Source of the DNA: Utricularia gibba
Lineage: Eukaryota > Plantae > Magnoliophyta
Assembly: GCA_002189035.1 (NCBI GenBank)
Contig: CM007989.1
Span: 3,968,001 to 4,032,000, forward strand
Direction: 5' to 3'
Length of the DNA stretch: 64,000 nt
Part shown: piece after piece, positions 22,861 through 37,950 of the stretch
Numbering within the stretch: the first letter of the stretch is position 1
Layout of the letters: every line of letters begins with the position of its first letter
The notes under the pieces: model-generated
What the model saw: the letters and a program-made list of their open reading frames with translations, nothing else
What the model was told of the DNA's origin: nothing
The model's database searches: none
Translations under genes and position numbers: made by a program

Positions 22861-25800
22861 TTAAAGATAATGATAATTGAAGACTCGAAGATACACCTAC
22901 AATACAATTAATTATTACAAATATAAAAAAATGGATGTCTTAACATGTATAATAAAATAAGTACCTCCATAATTGACATTTGGCATATTGGTGCAAGGCT
23001 ATGAAGGAGTATGCGAACTTTCACCCTCATTGTAGGGCAAATTGAATGACATTCCCAAAAAATCAAAAAAATCGCTAGTGTATTTATCAATTCTGAAATG
23101 AGAAAATAAATATATGTAATCAATTATTATGAAATATAAAAATTTAAATAAATAATACTATAAAATGAAAAAACAATATTATCAAAATTTTCTTCAACTC
23201 TGATTCTACTCAACTTTGAAGATGAATGAAAAAAATTATGAAGATGTGAGATATATATAAAAGGAGAAGTATGAGTTTAGTAGATCTAAAGCACCATCAA
23301 GTATGGTGCCTTATCTAAGGCGCCATCATTGACGGAGTCTTCCCTAAGGCACCATCAATGATGGCGCCACTCATTGTAGATATCAAAGCGTCACTACTAG
23401 TTGTGTATAACATTATTAATATAATGATTTTAGTGAATAATATTATTTATATTATTTTTTCAGATTGTCGTACCCTTGAGCCTGTCAAATCACATTCACG
23501 CCCCTTCCCCACACCACATGATCCATCATTACAGCTTTCCTTTCGACTAATCAACCAAAACAAACTTTGTTGAAAACTTTTGCATCTTCCACACACATCT
23601 TTTGGATGCCTTTTTTCTTTCCTCGAAACAAGTCTGCATCTAAAGTATAGCAGTATTTTGAAATCAACAGAATTCACAATAACACTCATCATAACAACAA
23701 ATGCAAGAATGATGAGTCAATCAGGACAAGACCATTGATGAGGCAGGCACACCCACATACGACCCAAGGCAACAAAAACAAACAAGCGCCTCACTCTGAC
23801 TCCTTGGGGGCTCGCAACAATTACCTGACAAAAACAGCAATGCAATATATTCACTTACTCCATCTCCCATGTCTAAACATTGTAGATGTTTTTCCTATTA
23901 AATTTTTTATTCTATGAAAGAATTAAAATCGCAATTTATCCATGGTCATTAATAAATATTTTATTTTTGTTTTCATTAACTTATTTTAGAAAAATAAAAA
24001 AATTAATAATTTATATTAACCCCGATATGAATGTAAATTTTTTCTTTAGAACTTTGAATTATATGATTTTATAATTTAATTCATTTATCTAATCATCTTT
24101 TTGTTCAATGTTTAACAGGAATTAATTTTTTTAAGTTCAATTTATTTTGATTTATGACATGTGATTATATACATTATTTTATTATATTATTAATTTAATT
24201 TGTATTTAATAATTACAATACCCAAATGGGTGTCTTTCCAAATACCCCTACTCCCATATTACACTTATATCACAGTTTGAGAAAAATAACACATTTAATT
24301 CATTTATTCTTTTTTTATTTTTTTTAAAAAACAATAATATAGATAAATGTATTAGAAATGTGATCATTCTTTTTTTTTTTACCGTGTGAGAAAATTTGGT
24401 TATCCTCAATTAAAAAAATTTTGATTTAATGTAAAAGAGAGCAGGAGTATGACTGCAAATAGGGGTAGGAGGATTTGTAGTTGGTCAAAATCAATTAAAA
24501 TTTATTGTTGCATTTTAAATTATGATTTTAGTTGAGAATTAGATTTGAGTCAACGAATCTCATGAAATGAATCTATTAAATTAAAATGATTAAACTCGAT
24601 TTCACTCATTGCAAAAAAATATTAAATCTAGATTCATGATTAAATTAAAAAATGGTGGAATTATTTTTAAAACACCAGTCAATAGAAGGTTGTACCAATA
24701 ATGGGAATTGAGACTCGCTTCAAATGCTTGTACCTTCCACCCAACACTTGCCCCCTATCAGTGAGGAATCCCCATCGCATTGAAGGAGCCGTACGGTTGA
24801 GGTATCCCATTTCATTGGCTTCTCCGAGTTGTACCCTGAGAAATTCTTTCACAATTCCATGTCTGGTCGCTTTCAGGCGTTTGATTTGGGGGGCAAGAGG
24901 GTCATTAAATTTGCTCCCTTTTCATGGAAATAGGGCAGGGGCATAATTGTCTTGCCACAACTTTAATTATTACATGACTGCAAAACCCCCCTAAAACAAC
25001 CTTTTGTCCCCACAATAAACACTTCGAAGGAAAAACAGTAAATCAACCCCGACCCCACATTCGTGGTCTTCACCAAACGGGTTTCTTTCACAAAAGAAAA
25101 AAAAAGCAAGGAGATGGCGAACCGGACCGGTTTTTAATTCAATTGCATTCTAACCTAATTGTGTGTGATTAATTGACGAGTCGAATCGATTAACCGGTAG
25201 TTGAGATTTTATATTGTATCGATTCGATTCGTTAATCAAGAATGGTTCGATTTTTTTCTTTTACAATACACAATTTAGTTAAAAAATATTAATAATAACA
25301 ATACATATATTGATTTTTGAAACACCCCTTTCACATGTCTAAATTGGATTTCATACCATACTTTATACCATCAATTTGATGTCAGAACAGGGGAATGGCT
25401 ATGGACAAACAAAATGACTTTCATATGCATAACATTCAACTTATTTGTTTGAAATAACTCCTTTTTATAAAAAAGAATACTTTATGTTGTCAAATATGAA
25501 ATGATTTCTATTTTTGAAAAGAATAGAAATTTAGAAATATATTTGTATTTATTAAAATAAAAACTATAAATTTTAATTTTTTTCATTAAAATTGATTAAC
25601 TAAACTTTTTTAACTATAATTGTCATTAAAAATAACTGCACCACCATTTATATTCACTTTTTTTTCATTCTTGATTTTACATTGATTTGTTGTGTCTAGA
25701 AGTTGATCTAATGTCATCCAACTTCCCTCCATCACCAACCCTTTGACTTTGTGCCTCATTCTTGAAGAGATGGGATGAGAGTGAATGCTTTGATCCCAAA

Positions 25801-25989
25801 AGCTCACATGTTACAATTTGTGTACCTCTTGGTTCATTTTCCATCCCATTGTATATAGTATGGCTATCGAAATAAGACTTAGAAATGCTTCTAGAAAAAG
25901 TAACTTGCCCACTAGATGAACTGATTCTCAAGTGACAAAAGATAAGGACAAGTATAAAGATAAAGTAAGAGGGAAAGTTTTTTATCTTT

Positions 25990-27290
25990 TTAAGGAGAAA
26001 AGAAAACTAAAAAGGCAGAGCAACTTTAGGAGTATGGTGGTTAGCTTTACTTGATGCTCACACTTGTATACAAGGGCTCAATAGGGAGTACTTGACTTTT
26101 CGGTGTACATGGAAGGGATGGGGTTTTTACAGAGTGCTCTGTGAAATCTTAAATCTACACTCTTTCATAATATATACTTTCAAAACTTCAGGGTGCATCA
26201 TCCATATCATAGGTGGAATATTTTTTTTATAAAAATTCTAAATTTTTGTCTATTCTAACATTTTTTATGGAACACGATAAAGAAGAATATCAATAATTGA
26301 TTTTGTTATAAGTTGGAAGAGAACTCTTGAAATACCTAGAATTTGAATTTTGACAAAGAGGCTTAAAATTGTTTGATAAATTTTGAGGAGCATTACTTGA
26401 ATTTTTTTTGTAGTTCACTCAATTGTTTATAATTATAATAGGTTTTATTTACACAATATGATAGATTTTCAATCGTTGTATCTTGTATTGATTTCCTGTA
26501 AAATCTTCAATGATTATAATTTGAAAGTTGTATAGATACGCATTGCTCTGCATCTTGAAGAATATGGTTTGATTTCTAGTACAAAACTCAATATTCTTTC
26601 AGCGATTGTCTTATGTATTTTAAATTATAACACTTCCATGATGTAGATTCAACTTCTCTTGCAATTTTTACTATATTGTTTGTCTAGTCTTCAAATTTTT
26701 CATTATTATAAAGCATTCCCTCTTAAGGGAGTAATTGATAATTAGGCATACACTCACTCACTAAGATTGATCTTTTGTCCAAGAAGTTTCATAATTTTGC
26801 AGAAGTTTATTGGAAAGATATGAGGTTAGGATGTATGCAGCTTGGTCTTCAATAAGTATGTACTTCATATCTACACATTCTTTTTTTTTTTTTTTTTACA
26901 TATTCTTGAAGAATATGGTATTTCACCATGATATGTCTTCCCAAACATCATTTAGTTTTGGGCAATACTGATGGTTAATTTATTATTGATTTTTAGCTTC
27001 ACTAATTTCTTGACAAAAATCTCTAGATCATCCCATAATTTGATTAATCATTGTACATAATTTATTGTAACAACTCCAATTCTGTATTCTGCATTCATGG
27101 AAGATTGAGTCACAACTTCATATTTTTTATGTTCTAGACATCTAATGTTTGATTTGCAATCTCCTTTTTCTCCTATAAAGTTGGAGTCAACAAGTCCTTG
27201 AAGGTTTTCATTAGTTCGTGATTTATAATATAATCCTAATTTTATATTAGTTTTGAGATATTGTAAAATAATTCTAATTATTTCTAGGTT
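25990..27290 (-). mobile_element. Decayed Ty1/copia gag-region fragment
   Basis: 26300-26720 aligns by eye with 37520-37910 (e.g. TATAAGTTGGA.GA.AACTCTTGAAATA; AATTGTTTGATAAATTTTGAGG); no open frame. Confidence 0.5.
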
Positions 27291-27293
27291 TCA

Positions 27294-30200
27294 TCCAGAA
27301 AATTGGGAAATATCTTGGGCTAAATTTCACCTCAAATAAGAGTAGCAATTCACTATATGAAACAAAAATTACAAGAGCTCACAAGCTCTACTACAGCAAC
27401 AACAAATATACGCACCCATGCACTTAAGAATAATCACTTACCCTCAAGTGCACCGACAATCATGCTTCTCAATTCACTCCAAATGAAGCCTGCAATTTCC
27501 CTCTCGTTCCTCCCAAACAGTATCTGTATGCCCCTCTTCATGGAGCACCATAACATTGCTTTATTCTTGCCATCATTTCATGATCACAACATATATCAAT
27601 TGTGGCTTTATAACCATCCTACAACCCAGCAATTAAACATCATCTTTGTTGAGCCCAACACCACTTCTAGCATGTTGAAGTAACATATCCACATTTTGTG
27701 CATTCCTTGTACAATCACCCTCTCAGGTTGGAAGAAAGACTATTGATAAGGTTTAAACACTAATCTTGTTTCTTTTACAAGCTTCATGTACCTAGAAAAA
27801 ACAAAGACATTTTTTTATGATGTCTGCTAAATTATCCTTAGTACCCATGTTTTCAAGATCTAATTTTTCTTAAACAATCAAATCTCTTATCCAATGATCT
27901 ATTGTTTCAATATACTTAGTCTTGGAGTGGTAAATAGGATACTTGCACAGAGAAATGACACCTTAATTATTACACATCACTTTTATTGGAAACCCACCAA
28001 GCTTCAAGTCTCCTAAAAATTTCTGCAACCACGAGGCTTCTTTTTCAGCTTTAGTTAGTGCCATATATGACGCTTCGATGGAGGAAAGAGCAACACACTT
28101 CTGAAGCTATACCATCCAAACCATCTAGCTTCTTCTAGCATTGTAATAAGTTTGGTTTTAGATCTTTGTATGTCAATATCACTTGCTGAATCGGAATCCA
28201 CATAAACACATGGCATACAAGCTTGTGTCCCATAACACAAACAAAAATCTGCAGTTTATTTCAGATATCATAATAGCCATTTTGATGCTTCCTAATGCTG
28301 TTGTCCAGGATTAAACATAAATCGACTTATACAACTACATAAGCAATATTAGGCCATGTGTTGATCATGATATACATGACACACCCAACAAGCAATGCAA
28401 AAGGAATCACGACCATTTCCCATCTTTTAGAATTTAGTTTTGGACAAGCTATTGCAGATAGCTTAATTGAGGGATTCATCGGCACCATGACAAGTTTACA
28501 CTCCAGCATTCCGAATTTCTAAAATACTTGATTTATATACCTGGTTTGATTTACATATAACAGGAGAGCCCGATTTCAAACAATATCAATGTCGAGAATT
28601 TGCTAAGCATCACCTAAATCTTTCATCTCAACCTCCGAACATAACTGCTATTTAAATGTAGCAATGAATTCTATTTTGCTGCTAGTTAATAACATGTCAT
28701 CAACATACAACATGAAGATATTAAAATCATCCTCATATCTTCTAGAATAAACAATGGGGTCTGACTCTGATCTTATATACTCAATCTGCAACATAAACAC
28801 ATCAAACCTCTAGTTCCATTCTCTAGGAGCTTCTTTCAAGCTATACAAACAATTTTTTAATCTACAAACAAATGTTCTTTGCTCTTTTGAAAAAACCCAG
28901 ATATTTATTGCATGAAAAGTTCCTCCCCTGGCCCACCATGTAGGAAGAAAGCCTGAACATCCATTTGTTACAACTTCAAGTTTAGAGATGCCACAAAGGT
29001 TAAAATGATTCTGATTGTAACTATTTTCATCACCAGAGAAAAAAATCTCCTGATAATCTACATCTTATTTTTGATTAAACCCCTTCACAACAATCTAAAC
29101 CTTATATATGATCTTCCATCAGAGTTTATCTTCAACTTGAAAATCCATTTGTTGTCTAAAGACTTCCTACTCTCAGTTAATGAAGCTAGTTTATACGTGT
29201 TGTTTTGCCAGATTTAATTCATTTCTTCCTTCATTGTCATAAGCCATTCTTCCTAGTTGTACGACTTTAGCACTTCACCTAGAGTTTCAAGCTCTCCATC
29301 CTTACCTCTCGTTTTATGAAGTTTGTCATTGGGTTGCCATACACCAAACACCTACTGTTCACAGTTGTCAGTAAAAAACATGTATTACACAAACATGTTT
29401 TTATAAAACATGTATTTTTCAAACACTTTAATAACATTGGGTATTTTGCTAATAAAATTTTGTAAAATATGTATTTTGTTTATTTTCTCAATATACATCT
29501 TATCTTGTCAAAGAATGTTTAATTGAATCTTTCAGAAATAAGATTATACTGTAATGTACTAGGCTTTGTGACTACCTTGTTGATTCCCAAGTGTTGACAA
29601 TAAGATTTGAACTCATCATTGGTATATTCATCATCATTTTCCATCCACATATATTTAAGTTTCATACCTATTTATCTTTCAACCATATTCTAGAAGTGTG
29701 TGAAACAATCAAATATGCTAACTTCCTTTTTACCAAGAAAACCCATGATTTGCATGTTGCATCATCTATGAAGGTTAAATAATATCGCATCCTAGCAACC
29801 ATGGGGATGTTCACGGGACTTCCAATATTAAAGAACATCATAGTTAGCTTCTCCTTGCTTCTTTGCATATGTGACTGAAATGACAACTTATATTATTTAC
29901 CATAAACATAAAGTTCACACACATTTGATGATCCATGAGTATCTATTAAGTCAGCTCTTTATAACTTCATTATTGCAGCCTCTCACAGATGACCTAATCT
30001 CTTGTGCCATAACGTGTATGACTCATCCTGACTAGTTATTGAATGAATCTTTGATAGCTCCTATCGTAATTCAGTTTTATAAAGCCGCCCTACCATTGTT
30101 CTTTAACAACAAGCATATATCTTCTAATTAACTTCTAGACATTAGGACTCATACTATATTGATATCTATCCACATTTAGCTCTCCAACAAAAGAAGATTT

Positions 30201-31821
30201 ACTCGCAAAGTTGTACATGATGCACCCTCTTCAATATTCGCTGAGTTCCCATGTACGTGGTGATTAGTAAGTCATCAATTACAACAATTTCCAATATAGA
30301 TTCGTTGCCCATTCTCACATTGCTTGAGAGACATACCTGATAATTTTGCATTCTTACTTTATGTAGTGTTGCATGAAAGGAAGCAACATAATCAATGCAC
30401 CAAGAATTGCACAGACCCGTATGTCCAACCTACGCTACTACGATCATAAATAAATCATTGTCTATATCATTCAGAAAAGCATAGGTATGAATTTCTACTT
30501 GATCATTGACTCTCCATTGTTTGTTTTTCTCTTATTGCTCCTGTTGAGAACCATAACAGTCCTTGCGCAAATGATCATTTTTCCACAATAAAAACACGAT
30601 CACGATTCATGCTTCTTCTCGTGCTTTCCAGGCTTACTTTGAGATTTATCGTGCTATTAGCACTTAGCTCTCCCTTCACTATTACCTCTTTCATTTTAAT
30701 CCGCCTCTATGAGATCCCTCAATAAATGCCAATGTAGATTTAGACTCACCATATTTCTCAGCTCTTGTATTTCATCTCCTGAGCTCTTCCAACAATAGGG
30801 ATGTTGCTACAATATCGAATTTCAGACCATCATGAGTAGACTTGATCAAGGTAATAACTAGAGTCTCTCATGAGTTCGATTAGGTATCCATTAGTTGTAT
30901 GGCTTGAATTTATTCATCAAAACTCTTTTTTATCGATACTATTTGATCTACAATGTCCTTGAACCTACTCAAATGCTCTGACATGAAGTCACGGTCTTTG
31001 TATTACAGTCTCAAGATACTCTGATACAAAGTAAGCTTATTCAAGGCGTTATCCGGTCTGAACATGTCTTCTAACGCTTTCCAGAGATGTTGTGCTTCAT
31101 CGTATTCACTGATCATGTGCAAAAAGTTATTGTCAATATATAAATTCATAATAGGTACTGTCTTTAAGTCTGCCTCCTCAACATTCACAGGTTTTTTGGA
31201 GTCATTGATCACATGCTCCCATAAATCTTTGCACACTAAAATGGATTTAATATTGGAATGCCGCAAAAAATAATTCATGGTATTCAGCTTAGGAACGCCA
31301 TGAACTTCTTTGATAGCTCTAATATCAATTGTAGGAAAAATAAGTGTGTCACAAGCTCCAAACACTAGCGATGAATTTCAGCTGGTTTTATGACATTGAA
31401 TCAATGTAGTGTTGATATGAAAGACACTCATTTTTACATGGTAAAATCCAGAAAATTGGGAAACATATTGAGCTTGGTTTTACCTCAAGCAAGAGCAGCA
31501 ATTTACTATGTGGAATCAGAATTACAGGAGCTTAAAACTCAATTACAATAATAATAATTATACGCATCCATGCACTCAAGAGTAATCACTTCAAAAGAAA
31601 CCTATCATTTCCCTCTTGGTCTTCCAAGACAGAATCCGCATGCCCCTCTTCATAGAGCACCCAATTGCTCCATCCTTACCATCATCCCATGATCGCAACT
31701 GATACCAATAGTGGCTATGTAACCGTCCCACATCCCAACAATTGACACCATATTAGCTGGGCCCAACATCACTTCCAGCCTATTGAAAAAACCTGTCCAC
31801 ATCCAGTGCATTTCTTCTACA
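27294..31821 (-). mobile_element. Old Ty1/copia LTR retrotransposon with two diverged LTRs
   Basis: 5' LTR 31330-31821 (TGTAG..CTACA); degenerate Met-tRNA PBS GCTCTAATATCA at 31316-31327; truncated 3' LTR 27294-27713 with adjacent PPT-like CCCTCTC. Internal gag (LWEHVI..DNALNKLTLY), integrase (YYLTFIDDATCKSWVF) and RT (CRLKNCLYSLKEAPREW) remnants in copia order. Confidence 0.85.
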
Positions 31822-31989
31822 GTTTTCGCATGAACTTGGATGGATAAGAGATGACAAAGGTGATATCGGAGGTAGTAGCAATCAAATATTGAAGACATTC
31901 AATAATCATATGATATTCTTTAAATTTAATTTCTTTATTTTCTTGTTTGCTCAAATTTATTTATTTTTTTCTAATGGAAAGGGAATGGG

Positions 31990-34050
31990 ATCTCTTTTAT
32001 AATTTTCCATATAATATTTTTTTAGAAGATTCTCAAAATATTTTTTTGATTTAAAAATATATATTGATCTTGTTGCAATACTTCCATTTTTAGAAAATAC
32101 CTCATTGATACAAGAACAACTAGTTCAATTTTTGATGAGTGGTTGTTTATGTTCTTCAATTTATTTGGAAGTATGATTGGTTATATGTATATCATCTACA
32201 TATAATGATATAATGTCTTTGCCTTCGAAAATCTTCAAGGCATAGAGGATAGTGTCATTTTTACTATGTATTTATCCTTTTTCAATAAAATATGAGTTGA
32301 TGGGGTTGTACAATTATTTTGTTGACTATTTTAGTCCACAAGGCACTTTTTCTAGCAAAAGAACTTGATTATCTACATTTGGATTTTCGAATCCAACAGG
32401 AGGAGACAAAATTTTTTTCATTAAATCACCATTGATAAAAGCACACTTGATATCTAGGTGATAAATTTTTCAAACAATTATTTATAGCCAATGCTATGAT
32501 TAATTTAATAGTATCTAGACTATTGATTAGAGCAAATGTGTATAACCTATATAGTAGTTTTTTGTATATATCTTTTTACAACCAATTTGCATTTAAGTTT
32601 GTTTAATGATTCATCTGGATTAACTTTCACTTCAAAATTGATTTCAATACTAGAAGCTTAACATTCTTTGGTTTATCTACTATTTTTCATACTTTATGCT
32701 CTTGTATTGATTGTAATTCTTATTTCATAGATTTTTTTTTTCATTCTAGTGATTTCAAGCCTTGTTTATATCTTGAAGTTTTATATATGAAGTTACATCT
32801 TTACCGAATATGTAACTCAGAATCTTATTTTCTAATTGGAGGAAAGACCTCATTATTACTTTATCTTAACTAGAGAAAATGAGATGTGTATTTTTTTTTA
32901 AGTTTGAGTTATCTAATTTATTTTCTTCCTGCAATTGATCCCCCGTTAGACTTTAGAGATTCTATTGCAATTCATATTGTTCTAATTTTTCTACCTCATG
33001 TGTTGTTTCATTGTTTAAAATCATAGGAACATCTCCATCACTTTCTTCTAAATTGAATGAGTCAACATCTTCTATTGAGTCATCATTATCAACATTGGCT
33101 TCAGATAAGAATGATTCAAAATATTTAGTTAGAACCTTGTTTGCTACATGTTGCGTTGCATTAGAATTCTCAAATGAAATGTTAAGTTCTAATAATGCAT
33201 TTGGATCCAATAAATTATCAAGTATGCTATCTCTATTTGTATAATTGGAAGTATTGAGCCAATTTTCTGGAGTTGATGGATTCGAAACATTATGTGATGG
33301 GTGAACAAGTTATATTATCTTCTTGTCTTTTGAGAAATAGTATCTATAGACAGATTCTTAGAATTGATTGATTCTAAATGATTTTCAGTTTCTAAAAAAA
33401 ATACTCCAACATAGGAGAGAGATATGTGTTATGGCTTATAGTTTCTCATGATCTTTCTGCATATCTCTTTGCTCTTATCAAATACCACATCTTGAATACT
33501 CTCTATCATTTTTATGTTAAGATTGAAAATTCAATATCCATTGCTAGTTTCATTATATATTAAGAATACTCTCGAATAAGCTTTTTTGTATTTTTTTGAT
33601 CTTTTTCTTTTGAAATATAAATTTAACATAGTGATTCAAAAATTTTGAAATGCTCTAATCATAGTATGATACCATACCAAAGTTAATATAATGATTTTAA
33701 TTCTTTGGTTCCTTTTGTGGTCAAGCGATTCAATATGTATATTGTTGTCTTTTTAGCTTATGTACAAAAAATAAGTGATAGATTCTTATCATGCAATACA
33801 TATCTAGCTATGTTCATACTTGTGCCATTTTTCCTCTCATATAAACCATTTTATTTAGTGGTATGTAAAGTAGTGTACTAACGAATAATTTTTTTTTATT
33901 CATATAATGACTTTATTTTATTGATGCATTACTCCCCTTCGTTGTCAGATATAACAGTATATATATTACTATTGTTGTATTTTTATACATAAACTTTGAA
34001 TATTTTGAATTTCTTCACGTGATAAATGAAAAATTTACATGACGTAAATA
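31990..34050 (-). mobile_element. Decayed Ty1/copia integrase/RT fragment
   Basis: Minus-strand remnants resembling HLDIKCAFINGDL (near 32430-32460) and integrase-like segments near 33800-33950; heavily interrupted. Confidence 0.55.
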
Positions 34051-36099
34051 TAAATCTTCCTATTAAATAAATTTATATCTTAGTACACATTAAAACATAA
34101 TACAATTATGAGCATAGTGATTAGGATCGAACACGAAGAGCTAGTGCTTGCTATGTGAAAGTTGATACATGAAACTAGTGCCGCATTGGTAAAATTGGTC
34201 TTAGCTAAAACTAAGGCAGAACTACGATGAAATGCAGTAAAGAAAAGTAACAAGTTTTGGGATTTGATAGTTTCTGGAGAGTAATGAGAGATGCTTTGGG
34301 ACTCCTAGGGAATGTATGTCTAACACTAAACGAGCTCACATAAATCATAAATCATAAATCATACAACTAACTCACAAGATCTAGGTCTACCCGAATTCTC
34401 GTTTTTCCCCCTAATCTTTGATATACCTCTAATTAGGGTTGTTAAGTTGGGTTTCACTACTTCCCCCTCCTAAATCTATCTTGGTTTGTTAAGGAAGTGG
34501 CATGGCGTGACTTATGGTTTATTAGGTCTAAAGATATATTAGCATATGTCTCCCCTTTTCACCCCAAAGCATCCCCTAATTGCTTAACCACTCATGCTTA
34601 AGGTAAATGAAAGTGGAAAAGAAAACATCACCCACAGTGTGCTCATTTCACAATCAAATACCAGAAAGCAAACAAGCAAGTAATGTGAAATGTCAACAGA
34701 AATTAGAAACGTCGCTAGCTAATCTTAGCTAAGAGTAATATTTTTCGAAAACAGAAAATAGTCTTGAAACATCAACTTCGTTCCTGTTTGTCTTCCTCCT
34801 CCTTCCTCCCAAAAAAAACCTTCTCCAGATAGCTGTTCGTGAGTCTCCAATGGGGAGATCTATCTTCTCTATCATCTTTCTTCCCTTTTTGTCCAAAATC
34901 TCACTTTTTCACCTCCTTGGACTTTGTGTGTACTCTTTTTCATACTTCTGCCACCTTCTCTGCCACTATACAGTTCATATTCGACTCTTTGGGATTTGTG
35001 TTGCGACCTGTGCTACATTGCTTGAAGGAAACTGTTAGAAGGCAAATTTAGTCCCAACTAAGACTAAATTGACACTACTACGGTACTTATGTGCAAAAAT
35101 ATAGAATTAGGCAATAAAGCTTAATTTTTGTAACACAAAATGAGTAAATTCCATGCATTGAGTCACTTAAAAATATGTGTTATCATCATGACTTTGGATT
35201 TTCTTCTCAAAAAATAAACCCATGTGTAATTAGATTAATTATCAATGCATAAATGTAGCACTTGATTCTATCTTGTGATTGTGTCTTCATGGGTCCTAGA
35301 AAATTATAGGATATCATGTCTGATTTGTTTGAAATTTGAGAAGTGAACGTGATGAAGCTCTTCTTAGTCATTTTTCATTAAAAACATAAATTATAATATT
35401 TTTCTCCTTAAGGTAGTTTGGGAATTACATGAGTTTCTTTTTTTTCAATGAGTTTTTGTATCATGTGTTAGTTATGATGGCATAGTCTTCAATACCAAAG
35501 AGATTATTCATCATCTGATGAGAGAAAAATTTCTGAAGATAAGTTTAGATCAATTATAAATAGAGAAAATACTGTATATCAATTAGAATTAGAGGAAGTA
35601 CTATGTTTCACATAGGAGAAGATAAAATCATGTTCTTATTGGTGTTGAAAATATAGCATTTGTTATATTCTAAATGAATATTTAGTTCTTTTTCAACTCG
35701 GTGTATGACATTTATGAGATTATGAGAGACTTTGGGAGCAAAGTGATACGATCCTCCAAACAATAGGTATTTGACAAACCAAATCTTGGGAGTCAATTGA
35801 TGTAATCCTTCAAGAAAAAAAAATGGTCCTCAAGGAATGAGAATCATTATAATCCAAACTATAGAAATAGTACCACACTCACAAAACAAGAAAGGAAATT
35901 AGAGTGATAAACTACATTAGACACCATTAGCAAAACTTAATAAATTAAAAATTATTCAACAACTCAAAGAAAGAGTATTGCTCTCAAAACACATTACAAT
36001 CAAAGTTGTTACTAAACAAAATGAGGCAATTCTTATATAAATAGATAAATGGGTCTTGTCAAAATACTAGTACCACAAGTGAACTTGAAAATAAAGGCC

Positions 36100-37950
36100 T
36101 AAGTTTACTCCACTTAATTCATTTTGAGTAGATTGAACTCAATGTCATTCTATTCATTAATTTGTTGATTGATTCATAATTCTTTAAGAAGCTCTTGATT
36201 CCTTCTTGCTTTTGATCTAGTAGATGACCCAAGATAAATCATTAGAGTATTAGTGACTTTTTTTCCTTTCATCCTCATTGTATTCATCTTTGCAATCCAT
36301 GATCTCATCACAAATTAAATATCTTCACTTTTAGCAATTTCTATGCAAATATTTCTATAGCCTTGGACTTGAATGAAGTTTACATCTACAATTTATATAA
36401 CATTACTGAATAATGTTGTGTAAATGGTAAATGTGCTTCGATCATGGGTTAAGTGATGATTAAGTCTGCTATCAACTATCCAGTTTCCATGCTTATTAAG
36501 CTTGTGAATATGGTTATTAGTGTTTTATTACACATTGAGTAAGCTCATTATTCTTATTAGAGTCATCATATTAAGTTTATATCTTTCCATAGAGCAATAA
36601 GTTCTTCAACATGGTTTGCACTCACTTGTAGATATCTCTGCATTGGGCAACCCTCTCCACATGATTGGTGATTTTGCAGTAAGTGCATGAGGCCTTTGGA
36701 TCGCAAAAACAATTGATTGTATGATGATTTTTCTGCATGTAGTAGAGGCATGGAGTAAACAATCCACTTTTTTTTAGCTTTGAGGAAGTAAGGAATTTCA
36801 TTGGCTTTTATCAAGTAGTTTATAATTCATTTGATGGGTTTGAAAGAAATATCAAGTACCTCCTTAGGAATTAGAGAATTTCTTGTTTTTACAATCCTAT
36901 AAGTCCATTAAGAAATTGTCTAGAGCTTATTCAAAGTAACAATCAAATCCTAAAGTAAAATTCCAACGAGTTTGAAGCATATTATGTTTTCAACAATGTG
37001 ATCTTCTAACTATTTCATCAGATACTATTTTGATTAGTGATTCTATAAATTGAGCAACAGATTGATTTGGAAGTATAGTAATGTCATTGCATATTTGTTA
37101 GAGATGATTTTTGTCTTGTTCTCATTTTTTTATCATCCATGCGATAGTGAGTTGATAAGATTTTTCACAATTGTAAAAGAGATTTTGGATTCATTATTGA
37201 TTTGTATGCATCTCCAATGATTGATTGTATGTTGGATTTTATGAATACAACATGCTTGTGGCATTCTGTAGTTTTGCTTTCCAAGCTACTGCTTGTTCCT
37301 CAATCAGAGTGTGACGAATTTTGGTTTCATCAAAGACTTCCCAGATTCCCATGTCAAGTTGAAATATTGATCAATCTTTTGGGCCATACCTTATAGTTGA
37401 CACCAATGTAGATGGGAGGAGTTGGTGTCCAAACAGCCATATTTGAAGAAATAGAGCCTATAGACTCTAGTTAAGGATTTGTAAAGTTGCTTGTGAAGGC
37501 TTGTGGATTCACGTCAAGTTCACCATATTATAAGTTGGAGGAAAACTCTTGAAATATCTAAGATTGGATTTTGAGAAAGGGATTTATAATTGTTTGATAA
37601 ATTTTGAGGGGAATTTCTTAATGTAGTTCACTCAATTTTGTAAAACTACATTTTTTTATAGAAGATGAAAGATTTTCGACCGTTGCATCTTGTGTTGATT
37701 TACTACAAAAACTTCAATGATTGTAAGTTGTGTAGATAGTTGTTGCTATGCATATTGAAGGATATTGTATGATTTCTTATGTAAAGTTTAATATTTTTTC
37801 AACACTTTTCTCATATATTTTGAATCATAATACCTCCATGGTGTAGATGCACTTACTTTGTTGCTATTTTTACTATATTTTTTTGTCTGGTCTTCAATTT
37901 CTTTATCATCATTTAATTTTGATTTAGGTTTCTTCTTCTCTAACGTCACA
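36100..37950 (-). mobile_element. Decayed Ty1/copia gag-protease fragment
   Basis: Zinc-knuckle-like CKITNHVE remnant near 36650-36680, protease-like WIVDS..NHHLT near 36460-36490, and similarity to 26300-26720. Confidence 0.5.

Larger units (their letters stand above)
17741..23461. mobile_element. Mutator (MULE/MuDR) DNA transposon, 5721 bp, decayed coding capacity
   Basis: Perfect 10-bp TSD AGATTGTCGT at 17731-17740 and 23462-23471; AT-rich TIRs of about 90 bp ([C/G]AAAAAAT..TATTAATAAT..ATACAC..TAGTAGTG); subterminal CCATCA(A/T)TGATGG palindromes at both ends; internal PMD and transposase remnants. Confidence 0.93.

Noticed and set aside
23704-23800. C/D-like boxes (ATGATGA, TTGATGA, CTGA) on plus
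   Set aside because: No terminal stem and no recognisable antisense element.
34839-35051. Small hydrophobic ORFs between copia fragments
   Set aside because: No known small-peptide motif (CLE, RALF, DVL/RTFL) and no supporting gene structure.
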